Of a stretch of 64,000 nt of DNA, positions 58,229-64,000 are shown one piece after another. Numbering within the stretch: the first letter of the stretch is position 1; each line of letters opens with the position of its first letter. Source of the stretch: an uncultured virus (IMG/VR IMGVR_UViG_3300037189_026208) (Duplodnaviria; Heunggongvirae; Uroviricota; Caudoviricetes); the IMG/VR virus record IMGVR_UViG_3300037189_026208, positions 1-64,000 of that record. One strand, written 5' to 3'. The position numbers were made by a program, and so were the translations under genes. The notes beneath the pieces were generated by a model that saw only the letters and a program-made list of their open reading frames with translations, did not search any database and was not told the origin of the DNA.

Positions 58229-58765
58229 TTAGAGGGCGTCTAGGAAGTCCTTAAATGATCCTTGAGTCTTAGTATCGGTTTGTCCTAGAGCTAAGAAGTT
58301 CTTTTCTTTATGTTTTATCCACCAGTTTACTAGCTTATCTAGCTTCTCGGCAAATGCGTAATGATAACCTTTCTGCCTCCATACTGGATCCTCTGTATTA
58401 TTATCATAATGAACGAAGTAACTTATATATGGATATAAAACATTCGGTACCCAAGAGGCAGCTGCAGCAATATGGGTAGGTCCTGTTTCATCTTCAAGTC
58501 TTCTAGTATCATCAATACAAGTCATATAATATGTCTTTGTATCTGTCCATGTAGCAAGCTCCCTAGTCTTATGTAATATACCATTAGGTTCAGCCTCCTT
58601 CGGTAGTCCTTCTTTAATGTCATATATCTCAAAGTTATGAAAGGGCATTGAATCAACCTCATCCGTTGACCAGACCGATCGTTCAAAGCCTTGCTTTCTA
58701 TCGGGGTTTCTTGATCGAGGTACATTAGCTACTAGAGCCTCTTTGAAGTAATCTTTAAATGACAT
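58229..58765 (-). CDS. Repeat-tailed family member 4 (divergent tail)
   Basis: MSFKDYFKEAL...TDTKTQGSFKDFLDAL. Confidence 0.82.
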   Translation of the reverse strand: MSFKDYFKEALVANVPRSRNPDRKQGFERSVWSTDEVDSMPFHNFEIYDIKEGLPKEAEPNGILHKTRELATWTDTKTYYMTCIDDTRRLEDETGPTHIAAAASWVPNVLYPYISYFVHYDNNTEDPVWRQKGYHYAFAEKLDKLVNWWIKHKEKNFLALGQTDTKTQGSFKDFLDAL

Positions 58766-59102
58766 CGATTAAACCTCCAAATGATTGTTCAGTATCCTTT
58801 GATAGATTGTTTTTTAATTCCCAAGATATAAGCTGTTTGTATATAGGAAAGTCCGGATAGATATACCCTTCAAAGCCATAATTAGGTAAGCTATACACCA
58901 TTAAGTTTTCATTGTTAAGATCTTCAAATAAGTCCTTACAACGTATGACTAGAACATCAGATACATCGGTATAGTTTCTAATTACCCATCCTCTAGTTAA
59001 TTTTAAATCCTCATCATATTGAGAAGATAAACCATCGAGTATTTTCTGAGGAGCTAATTCTATCTTCTCCTTCTTTGATTCGTAGAATAACTTAAATGAC
59101 AT
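58755..59102 (-). CDS. Repeat-tailed family member 3
   Basis: MSFKLFYES...WELKNNLSKDTEQSFGGLIDVI. Confidence 0.85.
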   Translation of the reverse strand: MSFKLFYESKKEKIELAPQKILDGLSSQYDEDLKLTRGWVIRNYTDVSDVLVIRCKDLFEDLNNENLMVYSLPNYGFEGYIYPDFPIYKQLISWELKNNLSKDTEQSFGGLIDVI

Positions 59103-59490
59103 CTAGTAGCCCTCCGAAAGTATCTCTTGTCTTATCTGGTAGATGCCTCCTTTGTTCAAAGTCATCTATAGCCTTAACTACTCTCCTACCTTCTTCTCTA
59201 TAGGCTGGTATATCCCGCTCGGTAAAGGCACCACATCTATCCATACCTTCTAAAGTATAAACATCATAACCTTTTACATACGTAATAGATCTTATAGCAA
59301 TATATCTAGCAATATATCTATCAGTTCCTGATTCCTTCTTTATAGTAAGAAGATAGAGAGGGTCATCTTTTCTCCAAGGATACTTCCTACGAAAGACCCC
59401 CTCATACCCCTCAGGCACTGCTTCTACAGTTATATTATCTCTTTGAAGCTTATAAGGCTCTTTAGATTCGTAGAATAACTTAAATGACAT
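59092..59490 (-). CDS. Repeat-tailed family member 2
   Basis: MSFKLFYES...HLPDKTRDTFGGLLDVI. Confidence 0.85.
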   Translation of the reverse strand: MSFKLFYESKEPYKLQRDNITVEAVPEGYEGVFRRKYPWRKDDPLYLLTIKKESGTDRYIARYIAIRSITYVKGYDVYTLEGMDRCGAFTERDIPAYREEGRRVVKAIDDFEQRRHLPDKTRDTFGGLLDVI

Positions 59491-59833
59491 CTAATAGACC
59501 TCCAAATGAATCTTTAGTATCGTCTGATAGATTATTTTTAAACTCCCATTTCTTAATAGCTTTAGCAAGAGGTGAGTTTATATCCTCATGACTAATAAGG
59601 TCAATAGTGTTAGGGTCTAATGTGTAAATTGAATATGTCTTCCAGTCAGGAATATATGCTACAATAACCTGTCCTTCATCATAGTCATCGTTCATATAAA
59701 CGATCCATGCCTGTTCAATATCTCCCTTCTCCGTATCAAGATCTCTTGTAAGATCTTTAAGTTCTTTCTTTGTAAATCTTCTAAGAACTTTGTATGAGTC
59801 GTTTGACTCTGTAAAAAATTGTTTAAATGACAT
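59480..59833 (-). CDS. Repeat-tailed family member 1
   Basis: MSFKQFFTES...WEFKNNLSDDTKDSFGGLLDVI. Confidence 0.85.
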   Translation of the reverse strand: MSFKQFFTESNDSYKVLRRFTKKELKDLTRDLDTEKGDIEQAWIVYMNDDYDEGQVIVAYIPDWKTYSIYTLDPNTIDLISHEDINSPLAKAIKKWEFKNNLSDDTKDSFGGLLDVI

Positions 59834-59853
59834 CTATCTATCTCCTTGATAGA

Positions 59854-60048
59854 TTATTTAAGAGTCTTTATTTCATTCCCTATCTCTACTATATACTCAC
59901 CTATCTTAGACATGCCGAGCTCCTTGGTTAGGCTCTGCTTCTCCCTTAGTATTCTAACGATAGTCTCTAGCTTACCTAGATAGTCTTCTAATGTAAGCCC
60001 GGATAGATCTTCCTTTAGATAGCCTGATACAATTTCATTAAACTTCAT
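59854..60048 (-). CDS. Small leader-bearing protein heading the array operon
   Basis: MKFNEIVSGYLKE leader; lacks the family tail. Confidence 0.65.
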   Translation of the reverse strand: MKFNEIVSGYLKEDLSGLTLEDYLGKLETIVRILREKQSLTKELGMSKIGEYIVEIGNEIKTLK

Positions 60049-60055
60049 AGTCTAT

Positions 60056-60061
60056 TATTTA
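60056..60061 (-). promoter_or_regulatory. Late promoter core TAAATA, probably driving the array
   Basis: TAAATA 7 nt upstream of ATG 60048. Confidence 0.6.
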
Positions 60062-60084
60062 GTCTATGAACAGGTTTAATAGTA

Positions 60085-60636
60085 TTAGGATTCCCTCTTT
60101 ATAATAGTTAATCCGTTGTTGTTAGTGTAGGTACAAACCTCTTTCCATTCCTTATGATTAGAAAGGAAGAGCTTAATAGCTGGTACCAAACCAATCCTTC
60201 CCTCTACAGTTGATCCATCCTCATTAACCGTTCCGAAAGTAATAGTATCATGGAACAGTATATACTTCTTAACCTTACTATGATGTCTCTCAAGTTCTCC
60301 TAATACCTGATCGTATGTATGCAGAGTATCTATAAAGAGCATATCTACTTCCTCTAGATCATACTCCAAGGTACTAGCTTGATCAAAGCGCATATTAACA
60401 TTCTCTCTCTTACATTCTTCCTTAAAGATATCGATATTGTAATTCGTATTAATATCTACGCATATAAGCTTCTTAGGATTAGCCTTAGCTAGGGCATAAG
60501 AGCTAACTACATTACGTACACCAAACTCAGCTATTGTTTCACACTCCCTAGCGTATGTGTAAAGGGTCTCCAGATGTTCATTAATATCTGAAGGTGTATA
60601 TCTTCTTTCGTTGTACCTTGAATCTATAATACTCAT
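60085..60636 (-). CDS. Class I SAM-dependent methyltransferase
   Basis: SDINEHL, AEFGVR..VSS, DMLFIDTLHTY, ILFHDT, NNNGLT. Confidence 0.85.
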   Translation of the reverse strand: MSIIDSRYNERRYTPSDINEHLETLYTYARECETIAEFGVRNVVSSYALAKANPKKLICVDINTNYNIDIFKEECKRENVNMRFDQASTLEYDLEEVDMLFIDTLHTYDQVLGELERHHSKVKKYILFHDTITFGTVNEDGSTVEGRIGLVPAIKLFLSNHKEWKEVCTYTNNNGLTIIKRES

Positions 60637-60692
60637 TTAATAGAATTTATACTAGTCTTTTATATAGTGCTAGTATCTATTAAATGTTTATA

Positions 60693-60881
60693 TTACTTTT
60701 CTTTATCTTGCTTTACAGTTACTACTAAGTTAACCGGCTGGCTATTCTCTTTATCAAATACTATACCACCATGGGTATGATTAAGTCCTGCTACAATTGC
60801 TCCTGTTATATCAAAGAATGTATAAGCTATACAGAAGTAAATTAGGAAGTTCTTTAGCGTTAATTCTCTTAGAAAGTTCAT
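60693..60881 (-). CDS. Small membrane protein
   Basis: One TM segment; TAAATA 7 nt upstream. Confidence 0.6.
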   Translation of the reverse strand: MNFLRELTLKNFLIYFCIAYTFFDITGAIVAGLNHTHGGIVFDKENSQPVNLVVTVKQDKEK

Positions 60882-61268
60882 ATAGAACTATTTAAGGTAT
60901 TTGAAAGGATTTTATTCCGGATTTTGTTCCTTCCTCATCGATAGTCAGGCATGGAGCCTCTTCTACCGACCAGCTCGTGCTTAATCAATACATCAGGATC
61001 AAAGCTTACCATAGGTCTTTGGCTCCCCTGAACTAGATAGAGTCTATAAGCATCACCAACGAGCAATTCGACTCTACCTCCCTCTAGGATTATACCTACA
61101 ACTAGAGGGTATTAATTTGTTTGACCGGGGTGGTTAATCCATCCTGATGCACCGGTTGATAAAGGCCTTTTAGAGCAACCTAGTCACGCGCACGTACGGT
61201 AGCTCTTTCGATCGAGCCTGCGAACGGTCAAAATGTTTTAAAGGCCTAAGCCATCATAGTCCTCCATA

Positions 61269-61472
61269 TTAATATCGTCCATGTCTCTTATCATAGGTAG
61301 CAAAAGGATCAGAGTCTACAATGGTTACCAGGACCCAGGCCGCTATACAATTCCAAAAGGTATAATGAATATTGGTATGGAATAGATAATTGATTGCCCA
61401 GATACCGAGCCAGATGTCTAGAACTCGATAGATGATATAGTAGATGCCTCGTACTAGTTCGTTCCGTTCCAT
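61269..61472 (-). CDS. Two-TM hypothetical protein
   Basis: Start moved to ATG 61472 (MERNELV), just after the upstream stop; WAINYLF...YTFW. Confidence 0.6.
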   Translation of the reverse strand: MERNELVRGIYYIIYRVLDIWLGIWAINYLFHTNIHYTFWNCIAAWVLVTIVDSDPFATYDKRHGRY

Positions 61473-61473
61473 A

Positions 61474-61632
61474 TTACTTCCTCTTCTTACCTGCGTCCGA
61501 TCGTTGGGCACGATAGGCTCCTACCTTAGATCCCTTTGGTACTCCGGCCGATAGTTGAGTACGAAGATACTTGGCCGTATTATAACGAACCAATGATCCA
61601 CCTTTACAGATTTTGTTCTTTGTTGTTGCCAT
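61474..61632 (-). CDS. 52-aa basic peptide
   Basis: Hand-read ORF MATTKNKICKGG...RAQRSDAGKKRK, filling the gap exactly. Confidence 0.6.
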   Translation of the reverse strand: MATTKNKICKGGSLVRYNTAKYLRTQLSAGVPKGSKVGAYRAQRSDAGKKRK

Positions 61633-61637
61633 ACAGA

Positions 61638-61835
61638 TTAGATATTATAGGCGTTATCGATAACGGCAAGGTAATAACCATCTAGATCTACCTCCCACCT
61701 ATCTACCTTTGTATTCTTTACTAGGTTATGAACCTTATACCTATCATCATTAGAGTAGATATTGACAATGACCTCCTTGTCTAGCTCCTCCTCTGGTACC
61801 TCTGAGAGCTTATTCTTTAGATCCCTATAGGTCAT
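61638..61835 (-). CDS. Hypothetical protein, paralog of 63237..63428
   Basis: MTYRDLKNKL..VPEEELD..V.V versus MTYKQLLNEL..LPKERLE..V.V. Confidence 0.7.
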   Translation of the reverse strand: MTYRDLKNKLSEVPEEELDKEVIVNIYSNDDRYKVHNLVKNTKVDRWEVDLDGYYLAVIDNAYNI

Positions 61836-62039
61836 TTAATTAGTAAAGTAGGTAGGGTTGGCTCGGAAGGCTGGAGTAGGTTTAGTAAGCTGGGAATGCT
61901 TTACTGAATCCTTTCCGAGATAATAGACACCAATGATGGCGTAGAGGACAATGTTACAGGTAACATAAGTTATACAGAATAGCTTATAGGTATCCCAGAT
62001 AGCTTCCTTGAGACGATTAGAGGTTATAGTAGAGCTCAT
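61836..62039 (-). CDS. Small membrane protein
   Basis: One TM segment; packed operon. Confidence 0.55.
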   Translation of the reverse strand: MSSTITSNRLKEAIWDTYKLFCITYVTCNIVLYAIIGVYYLGKDSVKHSQLTKPTPAFRANPTYFTN

Positions 62040-62211
62040 ACTTGTAGTTATTAATGTTGTTGTTGTTTGACATACGCCTCAGCCATCCATCCTGGGTAGT
62101 TGATTGTATGTGGTTTAGAAGAAGAGAAGGCTTCCTCTCTACGGAGTACCCGAAGATATTAAAGAAAGCTTCTAGAGGGTTCTTAATGAATGTCTTGATC
62201 TTATTCTTCAT
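62017..62211 (-). CDS. Hypothetical protein
   Basis: Start moved to ATG 62211, 6 nt after the promoter -10 box. Confidence 0.55.
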   Translation of the reverse strand: MKNKIKTFIKNPLEAFFNIFGYSVERKPSLLLNHIQSTTQDGWLRRMSNNNNINNYKYELYYNL

Positions 62212-62217
62212 ACGAGT

Positions 62218-62246
62218 ATTATGAATGCTTTGGTTGGAACCGGCAA
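62218..62246 (-). promoter_or_regulatory. Sigma70-type (early) promoter with a 17-nt spacer
   Basis: TTGCCG-gttccaaccaaagcatt-CATAAT, then 6 nt to ATG. Confidence 0.65.
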
Positions 62247-62251
62247 CTACT

Positions 62252-62380
62252 TTATCGATCAAACGATTTAAATGATTGGCGGTTATAGTTCTTCTTATTC
62301 TTAAAGGCCTTCTGACCCGGGGCCCAATGCCGCCGGGTCTTAATCTCCTTTAGAGAGATGGTAAATGCTTTCGTCTTCAT
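62252..62380 (-). CDS. 42-aa basic peptide
   Basis: Hand-read ORF MKTKAFTISLKEIKTRRHWAPGQKAFKNKKNYNRQSFKSFDR with its own promoter TTGCAG-17-TACTAT. Confidence 0.6.
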   Translation of the reverse strand: MKTKAFTISLKEIKTRRHWAPGQKAFKNKKNYNRQSFKSFDR

Positions 62381-62421
62381 ACTACTAATAGTAGAAGCTT
62401 ATAGAGGCACCTGCAAGTATC

Positions 62422-62586
62422 TTATAGAGCCTCTACCGCTCTCTTCATACTATCTATCTCCATGACGACGTCGGAGTAGGCTACTACTAGCTCTTGGATC
62501 TGCATATCCTTCTGATAGATTTGATCCTTGAGGACGGCTATGAGCTTCTCCATCTCTTCGATCTTGTTTTGTAGGTCTGTTGTCAT
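62422..62586 (-). CDS. 54-aa coiled-coil protein
   Basis: Hand-read ORF MTTDLQNKIEEMEKLIAVLKDQ..., with ATGA overlap to the upstream gene. Confidence 0.65.
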   Translation of the reverse strand: MTTDLQNKIEEMEKLIAVLKDQIYQKDMQIQELVVAYSDVVMEIDSMKRAVEAL

Positions 62587-62873
62587 TTTGTTGTAGGTGG
62601 TTCTTGGCCGGGATTACCATCCGTCCTCCAGGTACTATAGATGCCTTCATTGAGGGCGTCGATATTGGCGTAGTTGTGGATCAGATCGTAGTCATGCTTG
62701 AACTGTAGCGTACCCCAAACCAGAACCAGAGCTACCCAGAGGGCTAGGATCAATGGCCAGATACGAAGGTAGAGCCTATCTACAAACCTTCTTAGACGCC
62801 TCAGTTGTACTTCGATCTCAACTGAGATAGGATACCAATATGTCCATTTGAGCTGTTGGGTCTTGGAGAACAT
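62583..62873 (-). CDS. Membrane protein
   Basis: One TM segment; packed operon. Confidence 0.6.
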   Translation of the reverse strand: MFSKTQQLKWTYWYPISVEIEVQLRRLRRFVDRLYLRIWPLILALWVALVLVWGTLQFKHDYDLIHNYANIDALNEGIYSTWRTDGNPGQEPPTTK

Positions 62874-62880
62874 AATCCTT

Positions 62881-63030
62881 TTAATTCATCATTGTGTTCT
62901 GGGTAATGCATACCCTATAAAGCTTCTCCATGGCGGCCAGGTACTCCTCATCGACTCCCATGAGCCTGGCCGCCATTTGTCGCATGCTATTCATCTCTTC
63001 TTCAGAGATGGAGTCTAAAGCGTTCTCCAT
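62881..63030 (-). CDS. 49-aa Met-rich helical peptide
   Basis: Hand-read ORF MENALDSISEEEMNSMRQMAARLMG..., filling the gap. Confidence 0.6.
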   Translation of the reverse strand: MENALDSISEEEMNSMRQMAARLMGVDEEYLAAMEKLYRVCITQNTMMN

Positions 63031-63034
63031 TATC

Positions 63035-63232
63035 TTATTCGGTTACAATCTCGTAGGTAAGGGACTGGATAGCAAACCCATAGGCGTCGGCGATGGCGTC
63101 GGCCAGATCCTCTTCGAGGTTGCAGCTATCAGGGAACTCAAACTCCAGATCGACTGGAAGGTCACAAAGGTCCTCTTCATTATCGACGACCCAATAGATG
63201 TCGGTTACTTTGATCTTGTTCAGTAGTTCCAT
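63035..63232 (-). CDS. Small acidic hypothetical protein
   Basis: KVTDIYW..D.......LP......LADAIADAYGF pattern common in phage early regions. Confidence 0.7.
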   Translation of the reverse strand: MELLNKIKVTDIYWVVDNEEDLCDLPVDLEFEFPDSCNLEEDLADAIADAYGFAIQSLTYEIVTE

Positions 63233-63236
63233 AGTC

Positions 63237-63428
63237 TTAGATTCCGTAGGAGGTTAATACGAGGTAGAAATGATCGGGGTCGAGAACGTCATTGGCGTCA
63301 TCGGTAGATACTTCGGCGTGATTGATTGAGCAGAAGTCATCACGATCAGGATCATAGACGGTGACTGTGTCTTCAAGACGCTCTTTAGGAAGCTTCTTAA
63401 GCTCGTTGAGGAGTTGTTTGTAGGTCAT
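63237..63428 (-). CDS. Hypothetical protein, paralog of 61638..61835
   Basis: Shared MTY..L...L...P.E.L...V.V start. Confidence 0.7.
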   Translation of the reverse strand: MTYKQLLNELKKLPKERLEDTVTVYDPDRDDFCSINHAEVSTDDANDVLDPDHFYLVLTSYGI

Positions 63429-63433
63429 AAGGG

Positions 63434-63682
63434 TTAGGCGGTTACTTGTTTGTTCTTTAGTTGTTCGATCTCGGCTTTAGAGCTGCTATACCCATCATTG
63501 ATAGCCTCCTGAAGGGTACGTCCGTAGTTGAAGTATCCGCTGCGATCCATCTCCAGGTATGTTTGAATGGATCCGAGGGTGAAGGCGTATCTGTATTCCT
63601 TATTACCTCTGAGTGTCTCAAGCTCCAGAATCAGATCTACGAGCTCCTTGACGGTTCTATCTACTGTGTTCTTATTTTTCAT
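63434..63682 (-). CDS. Hypothetical early protein
   Basis: Own promoter TTGTAG-17-TATACT, 6 nt upstream of ATG. Confidence 0.7.
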   Translation of the reverse strand: MKNKNTVDRTVKELVDLILELETLRGNKEYRYAFTLGSIQTYLEMDRSGYFNYGRTLQEAINDGYSSSKAEIEQLKNKQVTA

Positions 63683-63698
63683 ACGATCAGTATAAGGG

Positions 63699-63899
63699 CT
63701 AGAGGTCGGAACTACAAGCTTCTTCTGCTGGCAACCCTAGAACAATCTCGTTATACTTGCTATGGAATACCTCCTGGATCTGATCTACTAGATTGAACAT
63801 AATATAGGCCTTATCATTAGCCCCGCTACTATATTCATTCTCAAGATCTTTGAGGTAGTCGGAGATGAATGCGATGAATTCTTCGTTCTTATCTTTCAT
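63699..63899 (-). CDS. Hypothetical early protein
   Basis: Own promoter TTGAGG-17-CATAAT, 6 nt upstream of ATG. Confidence 0.7.
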   Translation of the reverse strand: MKDKNEEFIAFISDYLKDLENEYSSGANDKAYIMFNLVDQIQEVFHSKYNEIVLGLPAEEACSSDL

Positions 63900-64000
63900 A
63901 TAATGATTATGATCGGGTTGGAAGGAAACCTCAAGCCAAGAATTTGCCGAATGTCTCCATGCTCAGGTAGTATCGCCTCTGAACGGCCTCAGGCACCCTC

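Larger units (their letters stand above)
56414..59525 (-). repeat. Eight dispersed direct repeats (~40 nt) at the array gene junctions
   Basis: Consensus GAWAC-n-TTYGGAGG-(8 nt, usually ending TAG)-ATGT(C/A)nTWTRA, with the ATG at 59490, 59102, 58765, 57889, 57537, 57131, 56767 and 56424. Confidence 0.9.

Noticed and set aside
56414..59525. CRISPR array interpretation of the regularly spaced junction repeats
   Set aside because: The spacing is 340-880 nt of intact coding sequence, the repeats vary at synonymous positions, and there is no cas operon; the Cas4-like nuclease at 44 kb is a common stand-alone phage exonuclease.
55035..60048. Diversity-generating retroelement or integron as the source of array variation
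   Set aside because: No reverse transcriptase, no template/variable repeat pair with adenine-specific differences, and no integrase or attC-like palindromes in the window.
62450..62650. 66-aa ORF from the track
   Set aside because: A different frame (62422..62586) gives a coiled-coil protein with an ATGA overlap and fits the gene packing better.
1..64000. Stop-codon reassignment (TAG or TGA read-through)
   Set aside because: Core genes are full length in the standard code, TAA, TAG and TGA all end recognisable genes, and none of the seven tRNAs has a suppressor anticodon.

Overview
An AT-rich 64-kb segment of a large T4-like (contractile-tailed) bacteriophage genome, read in the standard genetic code. 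Left arm (1-33 kb, minus strand): baseplate/tail genes, large terminase, and a T4-type replication/recombination/late-transcription core (clamp, gp32, gp41, UvsX, PolB, gp46/47, gp55, UvsW, UvsY). Interleaved are a 7-deazaguanine DNA-modification pathway (FolE2, QueF, PurN-like formyltransferase, TGT/DpdA-like enzyme, kinase; QueD, QueE and a second kinase at 38-40 kb) and a glycosyltransferase/methyltransferase cluster. Middle (33-55 kb): many late genes with T4-like capsid-targeting leaders, including a Pol-beta nucleotidyltransferase (with a tandem paralog), a HiPIP and an RMF-like protein; also primase, exonuclease, GMP reductase, ThyX, seven tRNAs (one tRNA-Ile(UAU) with a long variable arm) and ribosomal protein bS21. 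The most striking element is at 55-60 kb: a tandem array of 11 genes carrying 13 copies of one C-terminal motif (xELKxxLSKDTxxxFGGLLDVL) around highly variable cores. Eight junctions are a near-identical DNA cassette that encodes the motif, a GGAGG Shine-Dalgarno, the next start codon and the stop codon at once. Most other promoter-proximal genes look leaderless, with three promoter classes. All assignments come from motif recognition by eye; no database search was run.
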